64,000 nucleotides of DNA from contig OX597837.1 in the NCBI GenBank assembly GCA_951406725.2, forward strand, positions 22,754,001-22,818,000, written 5' to 3'. The notes under the pieces were generated by a model that was not told where the DNA came from, ran no database searches, and worked only from the letters and a program-made list of their open reading frames with translations. The position numbers and the translations under genes are program-made. The stretch comes from Octopus vulgaris. Taxonomy: Eukaryota. Below are positions 28,562-41,687 of the stretch, in pieces (within the stretch, counting starts at the first letter, position 1; every line of letters begins with the position of its first letter).

Positions 28562-28601
28562 TATTAATAGTTATTGCCAGTTAACATGGCAGTCCAGGAT
28601 A

Positions 28602-28654
<53 letters not shown>

Positions 28655-30988
28655 CATACAAGTATCTGTATATATATATATATATACATACACATATATG
28701 TACATGTATATATGTATACATACATACATATATATATATCTCATCATCATCATCATTTAACGTTCGTTTTCCGTGCTAGCACGGGTTGGACGGTTCGACC
28801 AGGGTCTGGGAAGCCAGGAAGCTGCACCAGGCTCCAGTCTGATCTGGCAGTGTTTCTACAGCTGGATGCCCTTACTAACGCTAACCACTTCGTGAGTGTA
28901 GTGGGTGCTTTTTACGTGCCACCGGCACAGGTATCACAACTACCATTTCCATTTGATATTCATTTTGATGTTGATGTACTTGACTCAATAGGTCTCCTCA
29001 AGCACAACAGGTCACCCTACGATCCAAGGTAAGCACAGCAGGTCGTTCTGCAATCCAAGGTACTTTGGATGGGCTGGGGCTATGCGAAACTGGTGCAGGA
29101 AACATCCATACATATACATATATATATATTAATAGTTATTACCAAGTTAACATGGCAGTCCAGAAAAATAGGACAAATGCTGCCATTGATTAACTCCAAG
29201 AGGCCATCGCCTCTAGCTAGCTATGTGTCACATGAACCTCTGTCCCTTATAACCTTCGAAGATATATATGCATATGTATATGTGTGTGTGTATATATATA
29301 TGCATATACACACACAAGTATGTAAATAAATAAATATATATATATATATGTTTATATAAATGTAGGTATGTGTATATAAACATGTCAATAAGATTTGAAG
29401 TAATTTGAGATGGAGAATTAATTCATTAAAAGATGTATACGTTAAGAAGTTTACAGCTAATTTGAGAGACAGAGAAAGCTGAGAATGATGAAGTATCTTA
29501 AACAGGGATTTCATCTGAAATGAAGATTTTGTTGGTAAGAAATACCATCTGTGAGAAATTAACAAAATTAGGGAGAGATAAACAAATAATTATATGTAAA
29601 ATTAAAAATATATTTTGTAAGAAATGAGTTACAAGTTTTGGATTATAAGAGTTCAATTCTAGCTATCAGCTGACGATAATTGAAATTATTAAAGGTTAAT
29701 GATTAAATGAAATTATTAAAGGTTGTAGCTAGTACACACACACACAGATAGATAGATAGATTTGTATGTACACACATAGACAGACACATTAAAATACATT
29801 TAAATGATTATGGGTTCACACTGGTGTGAATTGTAATGAAGCAAGTATTCAATAATATTGATTTCCTTATTGAACATTTCAAAGAAGCAGGAGCTCTCCT
29901 CCTATTTGACTTCATACTCAGCTTTTCAGGAGGAAGTGTTATCACATGATTCTGCAAGAAAATAGCCTGCAGAGACTTTTTCATACATTTTAAATTACTA
30001 TTTCTCAGCAGTGTCAAGCACAACTACATCAAAAATGAATTTGCTTGCATTCGTAGCAGATGTTGAAATGCAAAACAACGGAGCCATTTACACTGTATTT
30101 CCAAAAACATTTTGACAAATAATAGATACCTATTTCTTTATTACCCACAAGGGGCTAAACACAAAGAGGAGAAACAAGGACAGACAAACGGATTAAGTCG
30201 ATTAGATCGACCCCAGTGCGTAAATGGTACTTAATTTATCGACCCAGAAAGGATGAAAGGCAAAGTTGACCTCGGCGGAATTCGAACTCAGAACGTAACG
30301 GCAGACGAAATACTGCTAAGCATTTCACCCGGTGTGCTAACGTTTTTGCCAGAACGCCGCCGACAAATAATAGATACCAACATCTCTCATCCATCACCAA
30401 CAACTGGAACTCCATTGGTTATGATGACATTTGTTGATATGATCACTGGAACAGCCTGCTCATGAAATTAACGTGCAAGTGGCTGAGAACTCCACAGACA
30501 TGTGCCGTTCATGTAGTTTTCAGGGGAGTTCAGTGACACAGAACTTGATAAGGTTGGTCCTTTGAATTACAGGTACACCTTATTTTTGCCAGCTGAGTAA
30601 ACTGGAAAAGCATGAAATAAAGTGTTTTGCTCAAGGACAGAATGTACTGCTAGTAATTGAACTCGCGACCTTAGGATTGTGAGCTGAATACCCTAACCAC
30701 TAAGCCGCACATCCTCATCATCACCAACAAGGTCCATAATGTAAAGCAAAGAACACCTACCACAAAAACATATGCTTCCTTAAACTACAACATCTTCCTA
30801 TGACTACAACCAGTGCCATTGGAAACGTTATTAATGGAGAGAAGTTAGACATCTGTCTTGCCCATTCTGGACTCTTCATAAGCCAAGTTCTTGCCAAAAA
30901 ACAACTCTCATAGATCAACAATACATACATACATACACAAGCTGTTTTGTATATATATAAATATAAATCTCTCTCTCTCTCTCTCTCA

Positions 30989-31026
<38 letters not shown>

Positions 31027-31030
<4 letters not shown>

Positions 31031-31510
31031 AAATAGATGAACATCAATGGAATTTGTATCCTTGTGGTACCAGTGCCGGTGGCACACAAGAAAACCATCC
31101 GAACGTGGCCGTAGCCAGTACCGCATCGACTGGCCTCCATGCTGTGGGCACGTAACAAACACCATCCGATCATGGCCGTTCGCCAGCCTCATCTGGCACC
31201 TGTGTCGGTGGCACATAAAAACACCATCCGAGCGTGGCCGTCTGCCAGCCACGTCTGGCACCTGTGTCGGTGGCACATAAAAAACACCATCCGAGTGTGG
31301 CCGTTCGCCAGCCTCGTCTGGCACCTGTGTCGGTGGCACATAAAATCACCCACTACACTCTCGGAGTGGTTGGCGTTAGGAAGGGCATCCAGCTGTAGAA
31401 ACACTGCCAGATCTGACTGGCCTAGTGCAGCCTTCGGGCTCCTCACACCCCAGTTGAACCGTCCAACCCATGCTAGCATGGAAAACGGACGCTAAATGAT
31501 GATGATGATG
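31027..31510 (+). mobile_element. Family D retroposon with RTE-like (GAT)n tail and internal ~62-bp tandem units (also 6260-6710, 20372-20555, 28742-29100, 33840-34100, 46052-46400, 47360-47865, 60975-61220)
   Basis: GGCGTTAGGAAGGGCATCCAGCTGTAGAAAC...CCATGCTAGCATGGAAA..CGTTAAA(TGA)n. Confidence 0.8.
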
Positions 31511-31739
31511 ATATATATATATAATTGAGAAATAGGATAAAATCTTTATAAGAAAAACCCATCAATTATTCCTCTTAAATATATTTACTTTATTAAAGGC
31601 ATTACTATACATAAATGCCTCATATTTCTTATAATATTTATTATGGTAGTTTTGACTTTAAGAGTCCCTCCTAGCGTGAGGTATTTATGTATAGTAATGC
31701 CCTTAATATAAGTATATATATATACATATATATATATAT

Positions 31740-32155
31740 TATATAAAATCCAGTCTGTCTGTGTGTGTGTGTCTTCTAGGATATCGGACATCCACCATCC
31801 GATTGTGCTCAAATTTGATATGTAGATACCGATGGTTTCAGGGCATGTATAAGTCTTGAAAAAATTACAAAAATCGATTCCAGGTGAGAATGTGATCATT
31901 AAAGCCATGGGAACTTGCATTTCTATGCGCAAGTACATCAGCTGTTGCGATCGATACTACGCATACACGAGAAAAATGCATGTGGAGTTTGCGCAAAAAA
32001 AGCCGGCTTGTTCAGTGTCTCAAATTTAGGTTAAATCAGTATTTCTCAAAGAGGAGGCCTATGGGCGGTCAGACAAGTTGTTTTGAGAAAATTTGGTTTA
32101 AATGTTTGACAACTCAGCACCATCCATTGGACGGGGGGCGGGGGGCGTTTTGCTC
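31740..32155 (+). mobile_element. Non-autonomous Helitron-like element
   Basis: tataaaatcc-(gtct/gt)n-...ccgattgtgctcaaatttgatatg 5' motif and GC-rich 3' end; inverted copy at 48330-48718. Confidence 0.6.
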
Positions 32156-32699
32156 ATATATATATATATAAATATATCTATCTATCTATATATATATGTT
32201 AATATATATATATATATATATAAATCTATATATATATATATATATATGTTAATATATATATTGAAAGGTTTGGAGATGATGTACAGGTATTTTATATTAG
32301 AAGAAATGAGGTACTCAGAAAATTGGATGATTTATATTTACAGATATTTATTTGTATATTACATTTTTTATACATCATATAACTTAGATTATGTATTAGC
32401 GCTTTCTCCCATTCTAGTGGGGTTTTCAAATCAAACTGTTAATATATATATATATATATATAAATATATCTATATCCATATATCACAGAATCACGGTACT
32501 GGCCCGACCATCAAGTGCTGTTATACAGTACTGGTCACTGTGTGTTTCCAGTTCTGTCTTGATTTTTACCATTGTTTTCCATCTTAACCTAAATTGCTAA
32601 ACTAAATTGTCTTGCCATGGTTGTGGAGGCCTCCACAACTCTCTTTTTAGTTTTGATAACAATGTGATGTTACTTCAATTTTGGTTATGTAATGTGGAT

Positions 32700-33083
32700 G
32701 GATGGAAGCACTCTGTCGGTTACGACGACAAGGGTTCCGGTTGATCCGATCAACGGAACAGCCTGCTCGTGAAATTAACGTGTAAGTGGCTGAGCATTCC
32801 ACAGACACGTGTACCCTAAACGTAGTTCTCGGGGATATTCAGCGTGACACAGAGAGTGACAAGGTCGGCCCTTTGAAATACAGGTACAACAGAAACAGGA
32901 AGTAAGAGTGAGAGAAAGTTGTGGTGAAAGAGTACAGCAGGGATCACCACCATCCCTGCCGGAGCCTCGTGGAGCTTTAGGTGTTTTCGCTCAATAAACA
33001 CTCACAACGCCCGATCTGGGAATCGAATCCGCGATCCTACGACCGCGAGTCCGCTACCCTAACCACTGGGCCATTGCGCCTCC
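32700..33083 (-). mobile_element. SINE family C, tRNA-derived, young full copy (decayed copies about 15955-16256, 18100-18600, 30400-30715, 48050-48313, 57660-57885)
   Basis: GGAGGCGCAATGGCCCAGTGGTTAGGGTAGCGGACTCGCGGTC...GGATTCGATTCCC tRNA-like head, CpGs intact. Confidence 0.85.
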
Positions 33084-33703
33084 ACCTTATGTAATGTATA
33101 GACATGTTGGTGGTATTGAAATTTTACTGAGTTCAAAGGGAGGTTAATGTACGCCTAGCAAAATCGTTTGTTTCAACTATTGCATAGTGTACATAATATG
33201 TAAGTGGGTACTTGGAATTCAGAAGATAATTATTGGGGTTGATACAATTACAAGAATTTGAGTTAATGTTGGGTGTAGGAAAATTCTACTTACACTGATT
33301 AGAAACAGCAACAGTTAGCAGGTAATTGGGTATAATAGAACATAATATTACATGGTTACTAATGTAAACATATCCAAGAAGTGTGGGCATAATTTTATTT
33401 AAGGTATGTCTACACACGTGTTTGTGTGTGTACTATATTTTACATATGTATTTCTTTACTACCCACAAGGGGCTAAACATAGAGGGGACAAACAAGGACA
33501 GACAAAGGGATTAAGTCAATTACATCGATCCCAGTGCGAATCTGGTACTTTATTTATCGACCCCGAAAGGATGAAAGGCAAAGTCGACCTCGGCGGAATT
33601 TGAACGCAGAACGTAACAACAGACGAAATACGGCTAAGCATATCGCCCGGCGCGCTAACGTTTCTGCCAGCTCGCCGCCTATGTGCAAGTAGGTATGAAT
33701 GTT

Positions 33704-33736
<33 letters not shown>

Positions 33737-34289
33737 GTGTATATATATATATATATATACATCATGGATGAGTGAATGTATGTGCAATCCTCGAGAATTT
33801 TGTGTATGTTTATATGTGTGTATATATAGTGCCGCCCTAATTGGCATCCGTGCCGGTGGCACGTAAAATGCACCAACTGATCGCGGGCGTTGCCAGCCTC
33901 CTCTGGCTTCTATGCCAGTGGCACGTAAAAAGCACCCACTACACTCACAGAGCGGTTGGCATTAGGAAGGGCATCCAGCTGTAGAAACACTACCAGATCA
34001 GACTGGAGCCTAGTGCAGCCTCCTGGCTTCCCAGATCCCGGTCGAACCGTCCAACCCATGCTAGCACGGAAAACAGACATTAAACGATGATGATGATGAT
34101 ATGTTTTATAGAAACACACATTTATTTATGCATATCTATGTATGTGAGTATTTGTATACTTACATTTTTTTGTGTATATACATATATGATACATACATAC
34201 AGGCATATATGCATACAATTCTTGACAATTTTGTGGGGTGTGTGTTTGTGTGTAACATGATGTGTAATAGGTACAAATATAATGAGCCT

Positions 34290-34507
34290 TTAACCCTTTA
34301 GCATTCAGATTACTCTGTGAAATGTAATGCTTACTTATTCATGTTGTTTTGAATTAATCACGCATTATTTTGTAGCTTTCAAATATGTGATTCTTTATAT
34401 TTAGAATGACATTGTAGGGCAGATGTGGGATGCAGGATCTAGCTGATTTGAACATAAAACAGATGCAATATTTGGGCCAGATATGATTGGTTTAAATGCT
34501 AAAGGCT
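34290..34507. mobile_element. piggyBac-like MITE, second family (also about 1789-1970, 2468-2622, 20033-20205, 44726-44948)
   Basis: ttaaCCCTTTagcatt...aatgctAAAGG termini and shared internal sequence. Confidence 0.7.
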
Positions 34508-35253
34508 ATAGATTGGCAGAATTGTTAGAGCATCATACAAAATGCATTGTGGTATTTCTTTTGGCTCTTTACATTATGAGTTCAAAACCAGTTATGGTAA
34601 ACTTTGCTTTTGATCTTTCTAGGTGAAGAAAAAAAAGAAGTACCAGTCAAATAACGGAGCTGATTTAATTGATTAAATTCTCCTCTAAAATTTGGCTTAG
34701 AGTCTATGTCTGAAATTATTAACCTTTCAATAATTTTATTCACCACCAAGCTAGTTTTTAGCAATAAATTCTCATAATTTTTATCTCTAAATCTTCAAAT
34801 CTCTTCCAAAATATTTTTTTTTATTTAAATTTCATCAATAAATAATGACTTCGAATTATCTCTCCCAAAATTGTTAACTTCTAAAAGATGGAAGTTCTTT
34901 CTAACATCTGATTTGAAACATCATTCTATTTCAAGGATAGACATTTTCAGCTTTCTGTAGTCCTCGACCTCTCACATTAGCAGTAAATGTTTAATGTATA
35001 CGTCTCTCCACACATTATATCTCCCTATGTCAAATTAATAATTTAAATCTTATTTACATGTTTATAGTCACGGGAAACTCTTTGAAATTTTTCATAAACT
35101 AGCATAAGTCCTTTAAAAAAAAAAAGAAATTTATAATCTCATATACATATATTACTATATGACACTATTAGATAAACATACTGCATATCTCCTTTTCCTT
35201 TTCTCATCCTAATATTTGTCTTGTCTCTCTTTCACTACAACGAAACACTAATA

Positions 35254-35639
35254 GGCACAGGAGTGGCTGTGTGGTAAGTAGCTTGCTAACCAACCACATG
35301 GTTCCGGGTTCAGTCCCACTGCGTGGCATCTCGGGCAAGTGTCTTCTGCTATAGTCCCGGGCTGACCAATGCCTTGTGAGTAGATTTGGTAGACGGAAAC
35401 TGAAAGAAGCCTGTTGTATATATGTATATATATATAAGTGTGTGTGTATATGTTTGTGTGTCTGTGTTTGACAACCGATGCTGGTGTGTTTACGTCCCCG
35501 TCACTTAGCGGTTCGGCAAAAGAGACCGATAGAATAAGTACTGGGCTTACAAAGAATAAGTCCCGGGGTCGATTTGCTCGACTAAAGGTGGTGCTCTAGC
35601 ATGGCCGCAGTCAAATGACTGAAACAAGTAAAAGAGTAT
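35254..35639 (+). mobile_element. SINE family A
   Basis: Near-identical to 11487-11942. Confidence 0.9.
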
Positions 35640-35744
35640 CTAATGTAGAAGCATATAATATACATAAATTTAGAGAGAGAGAGAGAGTAAACTGTTATCG
35701 CCAAGTCAGAGCAAAGAAAGAGAATCTGTAAAGCTTATACTTAC

Positions 35745-35947
35745 GACGACCTCATGTTGAGACTCTTGTTTGTCAAACCTGAAGAGCATTACATGCGTAG
35801 CGCCAGCAACACATAGTAAACGACTTTCGCGACACAACTGCATCATTTGGATAGCAAACGGATCATCGTCGCTACCATCAGAATTTTTACATTTAGGCTT
35901 TTCAAATAATTTGGCAGATTTTACTTTGCATAAAACCTGTAAGGTAA
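35745..35947 (-). CDS. STXBP5: Tomosyn exon E: VTLQVLCKVKSAKLFEKPKCKNSDGSDDDPFAIQMMQLCRESRLLCVAGATHVMLFRFDKQESQHEVV
   Basis: ctaacag acceptor after T-tract, gtaagt donor; 203 nt, phase 1->0; DPFAIQ...ESR motif. Confidence 0.96.
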
Positions 35948-37096
35948 CTGTTAGGAATAGAAAAAAAAAGAAAAAAAGAGGAAGAGATGTAAGCACTGTA
36001 GTCTGGAGTGAGATGGAAATACATTAGTTTTAAATAAAGATAATATCATTTTGAAGAATAGTTATTTGGTCATCTCTATACCTATTTCTTTATTACCCAC
36101 ATGGGGCTAAACATAGAGGGGACAAACAAGGACAGACATAGGTATTAAGTTGATTACATCGACCCCAGTGTGTAACTGGTACTTAATTTATCGACCCCGA
36201 AAGGATGAAAGGCAAAGTCGACCTTGGCGGAATTTGAACTCAGAACGTAATACAGACGAAATACCGCTAAGCATTTCGCCCGGCGTGCTAACGTTTCTGC
36301 CAGCTCGCCGCCCTTCATCTCTATACCAGCCAACATCACCACCTAAGACTGCCTCTGTTACTACAATGTATAACCATTAATTTTGAAGTGTTTATATTTA
36401 ACCCTTTTATTTAATCAACCTGGCCTATGAATGCAAACTTTATTTTAATTTCATTTAAGACTTTTGCCTGATGATGCAAACTTTATTTTAATGTGATTTA
36501 AATCAAAATGTTCAGTCAAAATTCGGTACTAATTCATGTTCCAAACAGCAGATCAATGAGGATATTTTACTAAATTTATTTTGTATTTGCTTTAGTCATT
36601 AGACTGTGGCTGTGAATCGACCCCAGTACTTTTTTTAAAGTCTGGTACTTATTCTATCACTACCTTTTGCCAAACCCTAAGTTTCGGGGATGGAAGCACA
36701 CCAACACAATTTGTCAAGTGGTGGCAGGAGACAAATATAGACACAAAGAAACACACACACACAACTTACTCCTTCCCCCCAAATTTCAGGCTTGTATCTA
36801 TAGTAGAAAGGAATATTTAGTTTCATCTAATTGTTTCCTGTTCAAATCTTACTAGAGCTGACTTTGCTGTCCATCACAGTAGGTGGTGAATAAAATAAAT
36901 ACCAGCTATAGACTAATGTCAATTCAATTGAGTCATCCCCTACATATTTGTGGTCTAGCACCATCAGAAATTGCAGGGGTTACTTGTCAGATAATGACAT
37001 AAAAAGGATTTTCAGCAAGAGAAAATGGAATTTAATGAAACGGTTTACTGGAAAATAATATGGCATGGAAGAAATAAATAAAATATGACTAAATAC

Positions 37097-37137
37097 CTGC
37101 TGAAGCATCCCAGAATTTTATTGAGCCATCGGCATGT
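37097..37137 (-). CDS. STXBP5: Tomosyn exon D: HADGSIKFWDASA
   Basis: tttctttcag acceptor, gtattt donor; 41 nt, phase 2->1; completes WD40 motif TGHADGSIKFWD. Confidence 0.96.
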
Positions 37138-37420
37138 CTGAAAGAAAGGAAAAGAATTAAGATTAAGAAAGTTATATAAGAATATCAGTTTTCTTATAAA
37201 AAAATAGTATGTTTTATCTTTTATTTGTTTTAGTTATTAGACTGAAGCCATTAGAGAGTCGACCCCCAGTATTTATGTTTTGTTAAGCCTGGGACTTATT
37301 CTATCAGTCTCTTTTGCCAAACTGCTAAGTTATGGGGGTGTAAACACACCAACACCGGTTGTCGAATGGTAGTGGGGGGACAAACACAGACACAAAGACA
37401 CACATATATATTTATTGATC

Positions 37421-37462
<42 letters not shown>

Positions 37463-38860
37463 CATATATATATGACAAGCTTCTTTCAGTTTTTGTCTAC
37501 CAAATTCACTCACAAGGCTTTGGTCAGCCCGAGGCTATAGTAGAAGACACTTGCCCAAGGTGTCACACAATGGGACTGAACCTAGAAGCATGTGGTTGTG
37601 AAGTAAGCTTTTTACCACACAGACACACCTGCTATGTAAAAGAAAAAAAAATTAATATTTCAAGTAGGCCATTACCAAAAGAAGCTGTCGATATTTTGTC
37701 AGCTATTATAAATAAAGATTAAAAAACATTTTAATGACAAAAAGAGAAGAGATATACAGTTATATGTATATTTTCAAAATACTCTTTTTTAATTACTTAA
37801 CATCATGTATTTTTTTTTCTTGGTAGCAGGAGTGGGAGATTTTGGAAATGTTTATGTTTACACAGTGTCAGTGCAATTATTTTAACAGCTGGATACCTTT
37901 CCTATATCTAACTTTTTATCTGAGCAATAGGAATGGAATCTGCTATATTAATTTATCAGCCATGCTGACTTGTGTGCCTTGAACAAGGGTATATACAATA
38001 CAGTGGCTGCAATAAGGTTTGAACTTATGATCAGTAGTTAAGAAAGAATATTAAAAAAAGAAAAAAAAAATCAACGTAACTATAGTTGGGTTTCAGTTTT
38101 ATTCTGACCTTATCAGCAAAGCATAACATTTACTGTACTTACAAAAGTAGTGATGAAAAAAAAATCATTATGTAAATAGTACTGTACAATTTATGGACAC
38201 ACCAAACATAAAATTATTTAGAGATTACTTAATTAAAAGATGTTTTCCACATGAAAAGCAATAGTTATGTTAGTATTAACATATTTACTACTATGAAACA
38301 TTTAATAAACTAACTGGAAATAAATAATACACACACACACACAAAAAGCAAAACAAAAACAAAAAAATTAGAGTTAATTAATGACTGATATTGCCAATTT
38401 TTACAGACAGACAAATTAAGCAGAAAATTAGTAGAGTCTTTAGAGCATTAGACAAAATTATAGTATTTACTTTGGTTTCTTGTATTTTGAGTTCAAATCC
38501 TGTCAAGATCAACTTTGTTTTTTCATCTTTCAGGGATAGTGAAGGTGATGGTGGTGGCGTTGGGGTGGGGTGGGAGAGCTGATTGTTAAATAAAATGCCG
38601 TTCTAAGGTGTGAACTGGGTCACAAGGTTACAAGGTCAGACGGGATGCTTTGTAGTATTTGTTCCATTTCTTTCCATTCTGAGTTCAAATTTCACTGTGG
38701 CCTTCTTGCAGGGTAGACTTAATCAGAAAAGCCCACCCACCCTTCCTTAGTCCTTAGGTGCCTTTAGTGGAGCCTACCCTGTTAAAAGTATTTGGGGTAA
38801 GTCTCTAGTCTGAGGTTACCTTCCTTTGTCTTTGCTACTAGTGTCAGATGCCCTATAAAG

Positions 38861-39095
38861 CAGTGGTTCTCAACCAAGTTCCATGGAAGATTTTATTGTT
38901 TAAATTTATGAGCATTAAATTGCTTATCCTTCTACAATATACAAAATATTTTAACAATTTTTTATACAATTCCTAATAATATTTAATTATAAAAATATAA
39001 TAGGAATTTTTTAAACAACAAATGGCTATGAGGATCTATCTAAGTAGAATAGGAATCAAAGAGATTTATAGGTAAAAAATAGTTAAGAAACACTG
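38861..39095. mobile_element. hAT (Charlie-like) MITE, second copy in opposite orientation
   Basis: CAGTGGTTCTC / AAGAAACACTG termini; 8-bp TSD ctataaag/ctctaaag. Confidence 0.75.
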
Positions 39096-40623
39096 CTCTA
39101 AAGGATCAAGGTCATTGCACTATCTGCTAACATAGTAAAGCAAGTACTGAAGAAAACACTAGAGATTTTGTTGTTTTATTTTGACTCATTTAGCCAACTC
39201 TTTACTCTTTTACTTGTTTCAGTCATTTGACTATGGCCATGCTGGAGCACCGCCTTTAGTTGAGCAAATCGACCCCGGGAATTATTCTTTGTAAGCCCAG
39301 TACTTATTCTATCAGTCGCTTTTGCTGAACCGCTAGGTTATGGGGACGTAAACACAACCAGCATCAGTTGTCAAGCAATATTTGGGGGGACAAACACACA
39401 AATACACTAACACACACACACATATATATATACACACACACAAATATATATATGATGGGCTTCTTTCAGTTTCTGTCTACCAAATCCATTCACAAGGCTT
39501 TGGTTGGCCCGAGGCTATAGTAGAAGACACTTGCCCAAGGTGCCACACAGTGGGACTGAACCCGGAACCATGTGGTTGGTAAGCAAGCTACTTACCACAC
39601 AGCCACTCCTAATATTGGTTTCAAATTTTTGGCACAAGGCCAGCAATTTTTGGGGAGGGATTAAGTTGATTAAATTGGCCCCAGTGCACAACATTCCCAA
39701 AAGATGAAAGACAAAGTCAATCTTAGAGGAATTTGAACTCAGAATGTAAAGACAAACAAAATGCCGTTAAGTATTTTGCCTGATGTGCAAACAATTCTGC
39801 CAGTTCACTGCCTCAAGTCATTTTGGAGCAAGGCCAGCAAATCTGGGGGAGAGGGTAAGTTGATTACTTTGTCACCAGTGCTGAATTAGTGCTTATTTTA
39901 TTGACCCTGAAAGGATGAAATACAAAGTCAGCCTTGGTGGAATTTGAACTCAGAACATAAAGACAAACAAAAAGCTGTTAAGCATTTTATCCAGCATGCT
40001 AACAATTCTGCTAACTTGCAGCCTGAAGTTATAATTGAATAGCAAGTAGAATTCATAGCTAGCAGAAACTGAACGAAGCAGATTTGAATTTTTTGGTTGC
40101 CCAGTTTTCGAAGTTAGGTTACTTACTATAAGAGCATAGGAATAATTACAAATTATTTCTAATGAGTAAATATCAAGGTAGACCAAATAAATGAATGTAA
40201 GGGTGAGTAGGACTGGAAATATATAAATTAAGAGTAGGTAAATAGATCTGGAGAACTGAAGCAAGTGAATTAGAAGATATTGGATTAAGATTAATAAGTG
40301 AATGTATGAAATTAAGATGAGTGTTCAAGTAGATTAGTGTCTTTCAATGTCAGTAAAACTCTCTTGGCTGGAGCGTTCGTGGGAGCAGATGGCTTATGGG
40401 ATGGAAGCAGCGGAGAGAAATGGAAACTGGATAGGATTGAATATTGGAAAAATGTAATCAAGAGAAAGTGGTATTGATGGATAAGAGACAAGGTAGCTGG
40501 GGAAAAAATATTTAGCCTCGTTCATATTCAAACCACTATACTTGTGCAACAACAAACAGTCCCCCACTCTCTCTCTCTCTCTAGTGTGTGTGTAACACAA
40601 ATATAAACATCATATTTCTTTTA

Positions 40624-40669
<46 letters not shown>

Positions 40670-40759
40670 CATACATACATATACATACATGCACACATCT
40701 ATAAATAAATCCAATTTGTTACATGTGTGTGTGAGTAAAACAAATATAAAATCATATTT

Positions 40760-40812
<53 letters not shown>

Positions 40813-41619
40813 ATGTATATATACACACACTAACACACACAAATAAACCAAATATTTGTTACACACACACACATATCTATGGAATAACTATGGAGAAGGG
40901 GCTGAGACTGAGTATAAGAGGTAAAGAGAGAGGGCAAAGTGCTGATGGAAAAATGTGTGTGTGTGTGTGAGAGAGAGAAAGAGAGAGAGAGAGAGAGCAT
41001 GAAAAAGACAGACAGAAAAAGATGAGAGACAGAATGAGAAAGAAAGGGAGAATTGGGAGAGGGACAGATAGACACAGCTAGCGTAGCAAGCTAGCAAGCT
41101 ATCTGCTGATTGATTGTTAATATCTGAAGGCTGATGTTTTTATATTCGTGTTCTGTCAGTGATATAATGTTGTAAGAAGTTTGATAAGCCAAGAACACAC
41201 CTACGCTTAAATAGAATTAAAAAAAAAAATGTTTAATGAAAAAACAAAACACTAAGATTCATCCATGGTTGTTAGATATTTAGTGAGCAGATGCTGGAAG
41301 CTTAAATACATGTAACAAAGATTTTTGGAATTCCTCTAGACACAAAACATGACTAAGGAGAAAGGAAAACCAAAAGAAAATCAAAGCTAGTTTGTCAGAC
41401 TGAAGACATGCTTAACAAATGTGGTAAAATTACATTTAATTAAAAAAAATATACATTTATAATAATACTAATAAAACAAAAGTTGTTTTATAATCATTGA
41501 CTGTTGATTTTATTTTGTAAATAAAATCAACAATTTAAGCAAACAAATGAAAATAAAATGAAAGCATGTTTAAAAAAAATATTTGATTTTTAAAAAAATC
41601 AGTAAAAAGAGAAAGTTAC

Positions 41620-41687
41620 CCAGTTAAAATGATCTCAGGGTAGCTGCAAGTTGTTGTTCCCCATTCACCACCTTTTATTGGCCATCC
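41620..41687 (-). CDS. STXBP5: Tomosyn exon C: GWPIKGGEWGTTTCSYPEIILTG
   Basis: AAG acceptor (tttgttcttaaag), gtaact donor; 68 nt, phase 0->2; WPIxGG...YPEIIxTG motif. Confidence 0.95.

Noticed and set aside
31070-31345. Regularly spaced ~62-bp repeats, superficially CRISPR-like
   Set aside because: Contiguous tandem units without unique spacers, inside a eukaryotic retroposon.
33010-33083. tRNA-like sequence
   Set aside because: It is the head of a SINE and continues into the SINE body; no acceptor-stem closure or T-run terminator.
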